Under the pieces are notes generated by a model. The model saw only the letters and a list, made by a program, of their open reading frames with translations. It was not told the origin of the DNA and did not search any database. Shown here piece after piece: positions 11,155 through 20,521 of a stretch of 64,000 nucleotides of DNA. The stretch is from an uncultured Planctomycetia bacterium (GTDB lineage: Bacteria > Omnitrophota > Gorgyraeia > 1-14-0-20-64-10). The stretch is from positions 16 through 64,015 of the forward strand of contig CAZQXN010000009.1 in the NCBI GenBank assembly GCA_964597545.1, read 5' to 3'. How positions within the stretch are numbered: position 1 is the stretch's first letter; every line of letters begins with the position of its first letter. The position numbers and the translations under genes are program-made.

Positions 11155-12536
11155 TGAGCGAGCGCACCGTGGCAGATCACCCCCTTGAAACACGCGAGAT
11201 GCTCTTGAACGTTGGCCCTGCGCATCCGGCTATGCATGGGATTGTTCGCTTGATCATGAAGCTGGAGGGGGAGACCATTCGAGAAGCCGAGACCGAGATC
11301 GGCTATCTCCACCGGGGTTTTGAGAAGATGTCTGAAAACGTCTCCTACAACGGTGTCATCCCCTATACCGACCGGCTCAACTACGTCTCTCCCCTCATCA
11401 ACAACATGGGGTACTGCATGGCGGTGGAGAAGCTTTTGGGACTCTCTGTACCGGAGCGCTGCCATGCGATACGGGTGATCATGTCTGAGATCTCCCGCAT
11501 CACAGATCACCTGACTTGCATCGGGGCGACCGCGATGGAGCTGGGGGCCTTTACGGTATTTTTGTACATGATCAAGGCCAGAGAATATCTTTGGGAGCTG
11601 GTCGAGGCGGTGACCGGAGCGCGTCTCACTGTTTCTTATTGCCGGGTGGGCGGGGTCAAGGCGGATTTGCCGGTTGATTTTGAAGGGCAGTGCCGCAAGG
11701 CGCTTCAGCAGACCCGCGATGTTCTGCTTGAGGTGGATAAGCTTCTGACGCGCAACCGGATCTTTGTTGATCGACTCAAGGGAACGGGTCGGATTTCACA
11801 AGAAGCGGCCATCTCTCATGGGATGACCGGCCCCTTCCTGCGCTCGACCGGTGTTAACTACGATGTCCGCAAAGTTTCACCCTATGCGATCTATGACCGC
11901 CTTGATTTTGAGGTCCCCCTGGGGGTGGAGGGAGACAACATGGAGCGGTATTACGTGCGAATGCAGGAGATGGAGCAGTCGGCGCGGATCATTGAGCAGT
12001 GTCTGGAGCGGATGCCCGCGGGTCCTGTCGGTGTGGATCCCCAGACCGGCCGCCCATGGTCAGGGCAGGGTGGGTCCCCACAGGTGATGCCGGCGGCTGA
12101 GATGGTGGACAAGGCGAAGCTGGGAAAAATCGATGAGATCCGAGGTAAGGTTGCCGGGGTGGGGCCCACGTTGGCCGGCGGCGAGAAGCCCATACGGGGA
12201 GGGATTGCTACCGGCGAGAAGCAGGTCTCTTTGCCGCCTAAGGAAGATACCTACGGCAACATCGAGGGGCTCATGAACCACTTTAAGCTTGTCATGATGG
12301 GTCATGGGATTCGACCGCCCAAAGGGGAGGTGTACTTGCCCGTAGAGGGGGCCAACGGAGAGCTCGGTTTTTACATTGTCAGCGATGGCTCAGAAAATGC
12401 TTACCGGGTTCGGGTTCGACCTCCCTGCTTTACGATTATGTCTGCCCTCTCCCAGATGTTGGTGGGGGATATGATGGCTGATTTGGTCCCCACCTTTGGA
12501 TCAGTCAACATGATTGGCGGAGAACTGGACCGATGA
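11154..12536 (+). CDS. nuoD: NADH-quinone oxidoreductase subunit D
   Basis: GPAHPAMHG, GYLHRGFEK, DRLNY, C-terminal GGELDR. Confidence 0.96.
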   Translation: MSERTVADHPLETREMLLNVGPAHPAMHGIVRLIMKLEGETIREAETEIGYLHRGFEKMSENVSYNGVIPYTDRLNYVSPLINNMGYCMAVEKLLGLSVPERCHAIRVIMSEISRITDHLTCIGATAMELGAFTVFLYMIKAREYLWELVEAVTGARLTVSYCRVGGVKADLPVDFEGQCRKALQQTRDVLLEVDKLLTRNRIFVDRLKGTGRISQEAAISHGMTGPFLRSTGVNYDVRKVSPYAIYDRLDFEVPLGVEGDNMERYYVRMQEMEQSARIIEQCLERMPAGPVGVDPQTGRPWSGQGGSPQVMPAAEMVDKAKLGKIDEIRGKVAGVGPTLAGGEKPIRGGIATGEKQVSLPPKEDTYGNIEGLMNHFKLVMMGHGIRPPKGEVYLPVEGANGELGFYIVSDGSENAYRVRVRPPCFTIMSALSQMLVGDMMADLVPTFGSVNMIGGELDR

Positions 12537-12557
12537 AAGGTCTGGCTCTGAGGATGT

Positions 12558-14318
12558 ATGAAAGTGCCTGACCCTTTGGTACAACTTGAACCTCAGGCAC
12601 GCGAGATCATCGGCCGCTACGAAGAGAAGCGGGCGGCGATGCTGCCTATGCTGTGGCTGGTTCAGAAGGCGTTTGGGGTTGTCTCCCCAGAGGCAGAGGC
12701 ATGGGTCAGTGACCAGCTAGAGGTTCCGATCGTTCATGTGCGAGAGGTGGTCTCTTTCTATACCTTACTGCGCACCGAGCCTGTTGGAAAACAGTGCATC
12801 CAAGTCTGCAATTCACTCTCATGCCGACTCAAGGGTTCTGAGGCGCTCCTTAAAAACTTGAGTGATAGATACGGGATTGGGCCGGGCCAGACCACGCCTG
12901 ATGGCAGCGTCACCCTTTCGAGGGTAGAGTGTCTCTGCGCTTGCGAAGCTGCCCCGGTTGCACAGGTGAATGAGCAGTACGAGCGACTCCAAGAGGGATC
13001 AGACCCCTTTTGGATCTCTAGCGAGGGCCCGGTTCTCTCTAAACGGTTTAAGCATGCCGAGGGCTGTTCGCTGGAAGCGTACCTTGCCGATGGGGGGTAC
13101 CAAGCAGCCAAAAAGGTGCTCACCCGCATGAAACCTCAAGAGGTCATCGATGAAGTCACCCGGGCGAATCTTAGAGGCCTGGGGGGTGCAGGTTTCTCAG
13201 CCGGCAAGAAATGGAGCTTTGTGCCGAAGAGGAGCGGCAAACCTGTTTTCCTTGTGGTCAACGCCGATGAGGGGGAGCCGGGCACCTTTAAGGATCGCTA
13301 TATTCTTGAACGGGATCCTCATGCCCTGATTGAGGGGATGATCATCGCTGCTTTTGCCATCGGCGCGCACAAGGCCTATGTCTACATCCGCGGTGAGTAT
13401 GTCCGTCCGGCTGAACGCTTGGCACGCGCTTTGGAGGAGGCCAAGAAGGGCGGCTGGCTTGGAAAGAAAATCCAGGGGACCCGCTTTGATCTTGAGGTGG
13501 TCATCCACATGGGGGCAGGGGCCTATATCTGCGGCGAGGAGACAGCCCTCTTAAGCTCCCTGGAAGGGGGCAAGGGTTTTCCGAAGCTCAAACCCCCTTT
13601 TCCGGCGATCTCGGGGCTCTTTGGGTGTCCGACCATCATCAACAATGTTGAGACCCTTGCCTGCGTGGGGCCGATTCTTCAAATGGGGGCGGCGTGGTTT
13701 GCAGGGCTTGGGACGCCCCAGCAGGGAGGAACAAGGTTCTTCAGTTTGTCTGGACATATCCGCCGGCCTGGTTTGTATGAGGCCCCTGTGGGTATTCCTT
13801 TGCGGCAGTTGATTGAGGACAAGCGTTATGGCCAGGGGATCCGAGAGGGCAAGAAACTTAAGGCGGTGATCCCGGGCGGGATCTCGGCCAAGATTTTCAA
13901 AGCCGATGAGATTGATGTGCCGATGGACTGCGACTGTATGTTGGCGGCAGGCAGCATGGCTGGTTCGGCCGGGGTGATTGTGTTGGATGAGACGGCTTGC
14001 ATGGTGGAGGCCTTGCGTGCTGCAACCCATTTCTTTGCCGAGGAATCTTGCGGGCAATGTTCTCCGTGCCGAGAGGGGACTGGCTGGATCCATAAGGTGG
14101 TCGAGCGCATCGCAGCGGGGAAGGGACGTGCGGCTGATCTGGAGACACTGCTTTCGGCTGCGCGCAACATGGAGGGCAATACGATCTGCGTTTTTGCCGA
14201 TGCGGCTGCCTGGCCGGTGATCTCCTACATCACCAAGTTCAGAGAAGAATTTGAGCACCACATCCAAACCGGCGCATGCCCCCTCAAGGGGCGTCTCCTG
14301 GAAGGGGTGGAGGCATGA
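12558..14318 (+). CDS. nuoEF: Fused NADH-quinone oxidoreductase subunits E and F
   Basis: NuoE CxxxxC...CLCAC followed in frame by NuoF LRGLGGAGF, NADEGEPG, GAYICGEETAL, ESCGQCSPCREG. Confidence 0.93.
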   Translation: MKVPDPLVQLEPQAREIIGRYEEKRAAMLPMLWLVQKAFGVVSPEAEAWVSDQLEVPIVHVREVVSFYTLLRTEPVGKQCIQVCNSLSCRLKGSEALLKNLSDRYGIGPGQTTPDGSVTLSRVECLCACEAAPVAQVNEQYERLQEGSDPFWISSEGPVLSKRFKHAEGCSLEAYLADGGYQAAKKVLTRMKPQEVIDEVTRANLRGLGGAGFSAGKKWSFVPKRSGKPVFLVVNADEGEPGTFKDRYILERDPHALIEGMIIAAFAIGAHKAYVYIRGEYVRPAERLARALEEAKKGGWLGKKIQGTRFDLEVVIHMGAGAYICGEETALLSSLEGGKGFPKLKPPFPAISGLFGCPTIINNVETLACVGPILQMGAAWFAGLGTPQQGGTRFFSLSGHIRRPGLYEAPVGIPLRQLIEDKRYGQGIREGKKLKAVIPGGISAKIFKADEIDVPMDCDCMLAAGSMAGSAGVIVLDETACMVEALRAATHFFAEESCGQCSPCREGTGWIHKVVERIAAGKGRAADLETLLSAARNMEGNTICVFADAAAWPVISYITKFREEFEHHIQTGACPLKGRLLEGVEA

Positions 14319-15925
14319 GTGCCGTCCAGCGCGTTACCCTGACCATTGACGGGCAGTCGGTTTCAGTCTCCCAGGGAACCACGGTCATGCAGGCTGCCGA
14401 GCAGATCGGCATCTTCATCCCCCGCTACTGCTACCATCCGGGCCTCTCCATTGCCGGCAATTGCCGCATCTGTTTGGTGGAGATTGAAAAGGTGCCCAAG
14501 CTTCAGATCTCCTGCAACACCCCGGCGGCCGAAGGGATGATGGTTCTGACTCAATCGCCGCGCGTGCTGAAGGCCCGGCGGGCGGTGTTGGAGTTCTTGT
14601 TGATCAACCATCCCCTGGATTGTCCGGTGTGCGACCAATCCGGGGAGTGCGACCTCCAGAATTACTACCAGGCTTACGGCCAGTACGATGCCAGGTTTAC
14701 GGAGCAAAAAGTCAAGAAGCCCAAGGCGGTTCCCTTGGGGCCCACCGTTATGCTGGATGCCGAGCGCTGCATCCTCTGCTCCCGTTGCGAGCGATTCACC
14801 GACGAGGTCTCTAAGACCGGGGATCTGGGGATCTTCAATCGAGGTGATAAGGCCCAGGTTGGTCTTTACCCCGGCAAGGCACTTGATCACAGCTATTCCG
14901 GCAATGTTGTGGATCTCTGTCCGGTGGGGGCTTTGACCGATCGCGAGTTCAGGTTCAAGGCCAGGGTCTGGTATCTTTCCGCTGCGCCATCAATCTGCAC
15001 CGGGTGCGCCCAAGGGTGCAACATTGATCTCCATTACACGCTGGACCGTCCCCATCTGGCTGAGGGTGCTCGAGTCATGAGGGTCAAGCCTCGGCACAAT
15101 GCCCATGTGAATCACTGGTGGATGTGTGATGAGGGCCGGTACGGCTACAAATTTATCGACCGGGAGCGATTGACTCATGTGCGCTTGAGGGGGGCCAAGA
15201 GCAGCTGGGAGGCGGCGTTGTCTGAGGTTGCGGTTTTGCTCCATCGCATCCGGGTGCAGGAGCGCTATAAGGCGATTGCGCTCCTACCCTCAACACAGCT
15301 GACCCTAGAGGAGATGTTCTTGGTGAGCCAGCTTGGCAAGGCGCTGGGGGTGAAGGGCATTTCTTCTCAAGTTCCAGCCCGGCCCGGATACAGCGATGAT
15401 TTCTTGATTCAAGCAGACAAAAGCCCCAATGCGTTCGGAGCAAGGTTGATTGGTTTCGGGGAAGGGGGGGCTCAGAGCGCAGAGGAGCTTATCCAGCACT
15501 GCTTGTCAGGCAAGGTGGATCTTTTGTGGGTATTCGGCCACGATCTGGTTGATCTATTCGGCAAGGAAAAGGCCAAACAGGTCAGCCAAAAGGTGAAGTT
15601 GATGATCTTTCAGGGTGCCAACGAGAATCCCACCTGCCAGCTGGCGCATTGTGTGCTGCCCAGTGCTGTTTTCGCCGAGAAGGATGGTGTTTTTGTGAAT
15701 GCGCAGGTCCGGGCACAGCGCGTTACCCGGGCCTTTGATCCCCTCGCTGGGGTCAGGGCCGATTGGGAAATCTTATTGGATGTGGGAGCCCGTCTCGGGG
15801 TTCCGTTTGATTTTAAAACCCCGGAGGAGATCTTCGCCCTCTTGGGGGAATATCTGCCGGCCTTCAAGGGGTTGACCTATGAGCGGCTCGGTTCGGAAGG
15901 GGTGCAATTGACCGATGTGGATTGA
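14315..15925 (+). CDS. nuoG: NADH-quinone oxidoreductase subunit G
   Basis: GNCRICLVE, NHPLDCPVCDQSGECDLQ, RCILCSRC; ATG at 14315 after GGAGG. Confidence 0.93.
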   Translation: MSAVQRVTLTIDGQSVSVSQGTTVMQAAEQIGIFIPRYCYHPGLSIAGNCRICLVEIEKVPKLQISCNTPAAEGMMVLTQSPRVLKARRAVLEFLLINHPLDCPVCDQSGECDLQNYYQAYGQYDARFTEQKVKKPKAVPLGPTVMLDAERCILCSRCERFTDEVSKTGDLGIFNRGDKAQVGLYPGKALDHSYSGNVVDLCPVGALTDREFRFKARVWYLSAAPSICTGCAQGCNIDLHYTLDRPHLAEGARVMRVKPRHNAHVNHWWMCDEGRYGYKFIDRERLTHVRLRGAKSSWEAALSEVAVLLHRIRVQERYKAIALLPSTQLTLEEMFLVSQLGKALGVKGISSQVPARPGYSDDFLIQADKSPNAFGARLIGFGEGGAQSAEELIQHCLSGKVDLLWVFGHDLVDLFGKEKAKQVSQKVKLMIFQGANENPTCQLAHCVLPSAVFAEKDGVFVNAQVRAQRVTRAFDPLAGVRADWEILLDVGARLGVPFDFKTPEEIFALLGEYLPAFKGLTYERLGSEGVQLTDVD

Positions 15926-17012
15926 GCTGTTTATTAAAGCAGGGCTTGCGGCAGTTGTTTTCTTTGGGGTGCTGAATCTCGCCGGTTTGCACACCTGGAT
16001 TGAGCGCAAGCAGTCTGCAGTGATGCAGGATCGCATCGGGGCCAATCGCGCCTCCATCTTGGGGCTGCGCCTTTTGGGCCTCTTTCACCCCCTGGCCGAT
16101 GCCATCAAGATGTTTACCAAAGAGGATTTCATTCCTGCGCGCGCAGACAAGCTTCTCCACACCCTGGCTCCCTTTCTTTCAATCTTCTTTGCCCTGGCGG
16201 CTTTTGCCGCCATCCCCTTTGGGGATCGATTGATGGTGTGGGGACGAACCATTGAGCTGCAGGTGGCCAAGATCGATGTGGCCCTTCTGTACGTCTTTGC
16301 GATGCTCTCTTTGGGGATCTATGGGGTCATTCTGGCCGGCCTCTCCTCGCGGAGCAACTATGCGGTATTGGGGGGCTTAAGGGCAACGGCCCAGATGCTT
16401 TCCTATGAGATCAGCTTAGGCGTTGCCATCGTGGGCATCGTCATGGTCTTCGGCACCCTGGATCTGCAGGAGATGGTGCGGGCACAGGGGGCGTATTGGG
16501 CTGGGGGGTGGATTCCCCGATGGGGATTTCTCCTGCAGCCTCTCTCGGCAGTAATCTTCTTAACGGCTGCCTTGGCGGAAACCAAACGTGTGCCTTTCGA
16601 CCTGCCTGAGGGGGAGAGTGAGATTGTCGGCTACTTTGTTGAGTACAGCGGGATGAAGTTTGGGATGTTCTTCATGACCGACTTCATCGAGACGATCCTG
16701 GTGGCCTGTCTGGCCACCACCCTCTTCTTTGGGGGGTGGCAGGTGCCGTATCTGCATCCGGACGGTTTCCACTTTCCTTGGGGCGCGTTCTTGCCTGTAG
16801 GGCATCTGCTCTATGTGGGGTTGGGGGTGATGAGCTTCTCAGCCAAGGTCATCGCCTTCTGCTGGCTCTTCATGACGGTTCGCTGGACCCTGCCGCGCTT
16901 CCGCTACGATCAATTGATGCGGCTGGGTTGGAAGTATCTCTTTCCGCTGGCGGTAGCCAACGTGCTGCTGACGGGGTTGGTGTTGGCCCTGCTGTATCCG
17001 AAGGGGTGGTAA
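15915..17012 (+). CDS. nuoH: NADH-quinone oxidoreductase subunit H
   Basis: ERK..MQDRIG, AQMLSYE, AETKRVPFDLPEGESE, TLPRFRYDQLM. Confidence 0.96.
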   Translation: MWIELFIKAGLAAVVFFGVLNLAGLHTWIERKQSAVMQDRIGANRASILGLRLLGLFHPLADAIKMFTKEDFIPARADKLLHTLAPFLSIFFALAAFAAIPFGDRLMVWGRTIELQVAKIDVALLYVFAMLSLGIYGVILAGLSSRSNYAVLGGLRATAQMLSYEISLGVAIVGIVMVFGTLDLQEMVRAQGAYWAGGWIPRWGFLLQPLSAVIFLTAALAETKRVPFDLPEGESEIVGYFVEYSGMKFGMFFMTDFIETILVACLATTLFFGGWQVPYLHPDGFHFPWGAFLPVGHLLYVGLGVMSFSAKVIAFCWLFMTVRWTLPRFRYDQLMRLGWKYLFPLAVANVLLTGLVLALLYPKGW

Positions 17013-17016
17013 GGCG

Positions 17017-17589
17017 ATGATTGTAAGAAAGCGCGATCTCAACTTCTGGGAAAAGCTGTACCTGCCGGAGATTATCCGGGGGGTTGCGGTCACCTCCAAG
17101 CACTTCTTCAAAAACCTCTGGCTGCATACCGCCCACCGGGCGGGTCTTTTCAAAGATCGCCAGGCAGCGGTCACCTATCAATACCCGGAAGATCCCCGTC
17201 CCCTCTCGCCGCGTTTGAGGACCCGGCATCGCCTCACCGTTCGCGCCGAAGGGACCCCGCGATGCGTAGGCTGCATGATGTGTGAAACGATCTGTCCGGC
17301 CAAGTGCATCACGATTGTGGCTGGGGAGCACCCTGACCCCCATGTCGAGAAATACCCTGTCCGGTTTGACATTGATTTAGGGATGTGCGTCTATTGCGGC
17401 TACTGCGTGGAGGCTTGCCCTGAGGATGCGATTCGGATGGATACCCAAATTCTAGACATCGCCAGCACCAGCCGAGACGACATGAAGCTGGACCTGCATG
17501 CCCTGATGGATCCTAAGCTGCGCAAGCCGCTGACGCGTTGCGCCTTAAGCTTTCCGCACCACTGCGCTTTCCAAAAACCGGCGCCCTAA
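17017..17589 (+). CDS. nuoI: NADH-quinone oxidoreductase subunit I
   Basis: TYQYPE, CVGCMMCETICP, CVYCGYCVEACP. Confidence 0.95.
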   Translation: MIVRKRDLNFWEKLYLPEIIRGVAVTSKHFFKNLWLHTAHRAGLFKDRQAAVTYQYPEDPRPLSPRLRTRHRLTVRAEGTPRCVGCMMCETICPAKCITIVAGEHPDPHVEKYPVRFDIDLGMCVYCGYCVEACPEDAIRMDTQILDIASTSRDDMKLDLHALMDPKLRKPLTRCALSFPHHCAFQKPAP

Positions 17590-19034
17590 AACAGAGCCCG
17601 AACGGTAGCAAAGGCCAGCTGAACCCAAGGTCCCTGGAAGATTCCGATTCCCACCATCGCCACCAGGCAAGCATAAAGGGCTATTCGGATTGAAAGTGCG
17701 ATGGGAATCGGGGAGGCCTCCGTCGGGGGGTCGGCATACATGGTCTTGACGATCAAAAGATAGTAGTACAGGGAGATGATCACTCCAGCCAACCCCACGA
17801 GCCCCAAGCCCAGATGGGCCTGATGAAAGGCCGACAAGAGCAGCAGGAACTTTCCGAAGAATCCGGATAGCGGCGGAATGCCGGCTAAAGACAACAAGGC
17901 CACCAGGAGTGTTGCCGCCAACAGGGGAGAGCGGCGGCTTAAGCCCGCGTAATCCCGAATTTCATCGGATCCCACCTGCCTCGAGAAAGCGATGACCACC
18001 AGGAAGACCGCCAGGTTGGTAAAGAGGTAGCTCACCAGGTAGAAGTTGATTGCTGTGGCCCCCAGGCTGGTGCCCGCGGCCACTCCGATCAGGAAATATC
18101 CCGCATGGCCAATCGAGGAATATCCCAAGAGGCGCTTGATATTCTTCTGCGGGATGGCACCCAAATTTCCATAGAGGATGGTCAGCCCCGCAATCCATGC
18201 AACGAGGCCTGTCCAGGCCTCTGCTTGCGGCAAGAAGATCTCGTAGAGCAGCCGAAAGATAACCAAGAGCCCCACGGCCTTAGAGCCCACAGAGAAGAAG
18301 GCGGTGACCGGTGTGGGGGCCCCCTGGTAGACATCGGGCGCCCACAGATGGAAAGGAACCGCCGCCACTTTGAAGAGTACCCCGGCCAAGACCAATAGGA
18401 GCCCCAGCATAAGCCCGGCCGGCAGCAGCGTGGCGGATTCAACCGCCTGTCGGATTGCAGAAAATTGGATCGACCCGCTGGCACCGTAAAGGAAGGCGAC
18501 ACCATACAGCAGGAAGGCCGAAGCCACGGAACCGAGGATCAGGTACTTTATCCCGGCCTCCAGGGAAGCGGGATGGGTCTTGAGGTATGCAGTGAGGATG
18601 TAAAAGGTGATGGTGACCAGCTCCAAGGAAACAAAGAGCATCAAGAAGTTTGCTGAGGAGGCTGCAAACATCATTCCCAGGGTAGCGGTCAAGATCAGCA
18701 GATAAAACTCCCCATGTCCTTCTGCCAGGGTCGCCTGGAACTGACGAGTCATGAGCAGCACCAAGAAGGCCGTGCCCACGAAGATCGCCTTAAAGAAGAT
18801 GGCCAGCGCATCCACCCGATACATGCCCCCTAGAACTTCCTGCGGGGCAGCGTGCCACTGCATTGCCAGCAAAGGAAGTGCCAACAGAATGCCCGCAGCC
18901 GAGATCGTCCCCATCCAGAAGAGTCGCTTAGGAATGCGTGTCAAGTCCATGGCCAGCACCCCGAGAATCAGCAGGCCTACGTAAAGCTCCGGAAGCATCA
19001 CAGACCAGCCGGTAGGGGGGGTGAGGGGCGTCAC
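17586..19034 (-). CDS. nuoN: NADH-quinone oxidoreductase subunit N
   Basis: EAGIKYLILG, FKVAAVPFHLWAPDVYQGAP, KRLLGYSSIGH; probable GTG start overlapping the nuoM stop. Confidence 0.93.
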   Translation of the reverse strand: MTPLTPPTGWSVMLPELYVGLLILGVLAMDLTRIPKRLFWMGTISAAGILLALPLLAMQWHAAPQEVLGGMYRVDALAIFFKAIFVGTAFLVLLMTRQFQATLAEGHGEFYLLILTATLGMMFAASSANFLMLFVSLELVTITFYILTAYLKTHPASLEAGIKYLILGSVASAFLLYGVAFLYGASGSIQFSAIRQAVESATLLPAGLMLGLLLVLAGVLFKVAAVPFHLWAPDVYQGAPTPVTAFFSVGSKAVGLLVIFRLLYEIFLPQAEAWTGLVAWIAGLTILYGNLGAIPQKNIKRLLGYSSIGHAGYFLIGVAAGTSLGATAINFYLVSYLFTNLAVFLVVIAFSRQVGSDEIRDYAGLSRRSPLLAATLLVALLSLAGIPPLSGFFGKFLLLLSAFHQAHLGLGLVGLAGVIISLYYYLLIVKTMYADPPTEASPIPIALSIRIALYACLVAMVGIGIFQGPWVQLAFATVRALF

Positions 19035-20521
19035 AGCCTTGCCACTGCCTCCAAGGGGCTCAAGTGAAAGAGTAGCTGCTCCACTGAAGGGCTGATCACA
19101 TCCAACAAAAGCCTGGGCCAACAGCCGACAATCAGCAGGCCTGCCAAGAGGATGAGATACGGAACGCGCTCAAAAACAGTGGCGTCCTTAATGGTGGACC
19201 ATCTCGGATTTGGGGGCCCAAAGAAGCCGGTCCGAACGGCTCGAAGCATGTAAAAGGCGGTGATGACAATCCCGAAGATGGCTGCGACGGCCAACCATCG
19301 GTATGGATTCCATGCGCCAAAGAAGATCAAGAGCTCTGAGGCAAAGTTTGCAAATCCAGGCAGCCCGGCCGAGGCCAGCGCAGTCATGACAAAGGCGACC
19401 GCAATAAAGGGGACCTGGCGGGCCAGTCCGCCCCACTCGGCAGTCAGCCGCGTATGGGTTTGGTCGTACACGTGCCCCACTGCGGCAAAGGCCAGGGCGG
19501 TCATCAGGCCGTGAGCAAACATCAGCAGCACCGTGCCGTTGAGGGCGATGGGATTGAGGCAGGCAATTCCGAGCAGGACATACCCCATGTGACTTGAGGA
19601 GGAGTAGCCGATCATGAACTTGATGTCCTTTTGAGCCATGGCGACATAACCGCCGTAGATCACGTTCATGATGGCAATCCCCGCCACCCACGGCAGCCAC
19701 GCAAAGGCCCCTTCCGGCAGCAGTTGGACTGCGATTCTTAGAATCGCGTAGGATCCCAGCTTCATCAACACCCCTGCGTGCAGCATGCTCACTGCCGAAG
19801 GGGCTGCGGCATGGCCAATTGGAGACCAAGAGTGGAGTGGCCACATGGGGGCGATGACGCCAAAGCCAATCAACAGAAAAGGAAAAAGCCAGATTTGCAG
19901 ATGGCTGGGAAGAGGGTGCTGGGCCAGAAAGCGCTCCAGGAAGATCAAGTCAAAGGTCGCAACGCCGGAGGTCAGGTACAGCGCGAACAAGCCCGCCAAG
20001 GCCAAGACTGCCCCGGCCGAAAGATAAAGGGTCAGCTTCATCGTGGCGTAGCTCTTCTCCCCGGAGCCCCAGATGCCGATCAAGGGAAACATGGGGATCA
20101 CCGCCATCTCGAAGAAGAAGTAGAAGAAGAAGATGTCCAGGGAGGTGAAGACCCCATACACTGCGCCGATCAGCAGCAAGTAGAAGATGTAATAGGTTTT
20201 GACCCGCTCATGGATGCGATAGGAGATGAGCACCCCGGTGAAGCTGCAGAAGGCGTGCAGCAGGGTCAGGATCAGGCTGATGCCGTCAACCCCCACTTGG
20301 TATTGGATGCCCAAAGAAGGAACCCACGGGATCCGGTGGACCCACTGGTACCCAGCGGCAGTTCGATCGTACTGCACAAGCAGCCACAGGACGATCAAGA
20401 GCGGAATGCCGGTTGCGATAACGGCCACGCGTCGCACCCAGGCCTCTTGCCGGTTCGGGATGAGAATAAGAGACAAGGCTCCCAGGAAAGGGAGGAGCAG
20501 AATCCAGGTCACAGGGTTCAT
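19031..20521 (-). CDS. nuoM: NADH-quinone oxidoreductase subunit M
   Basis: GVDGIS, PLHSW, AGVLMKLG, YSSSSHMG, GLPGFANF; ATG at 20521. Confidence 0.93.
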   Translation of the reverse strand: MNPVTWILLLPFLGALSLILIPNRQEAWVRRVAVIATGIPLLIVLWLLVQYDRTAAGYQWVHRIPWVPSLGIQYQVGVDGISLILTLLHAFCSFTGVLISYRIHERVKTYYIFYLLLIGAVYGVFTSLDIFFFYFFFEMAVIPMFPLIGIWGSGEKSYATMKLTLYLSAGAVLALAGLFALYLTSGVATFDLIFLERFLAQHPLPSHLQIWLFPFLLIGFGVIAPMWPLHSWSPIGHAAAPSAVSMLHAGVLMKLGSYAILRIAVQLLPEGAFAWLPWVAGIAIMNVIYGGYVAMAQKDIKFMIGYSSSSHMGYVLLGIACLNPIALNGTVLLMFAHGLMTALAFAAVGHVYDQTHTRLTAEWGGLARQVPFIAVAFVMTALASAGLPGFANFASELLIFFGAWNPYRWLAVAAIFGIVITAFYMLRAVRTGFFGPPNPRWSTIKDATVFERVPYLILLAGLLIVGCWPRLLLDVISPSVEQLLFHLSPLEAVARL

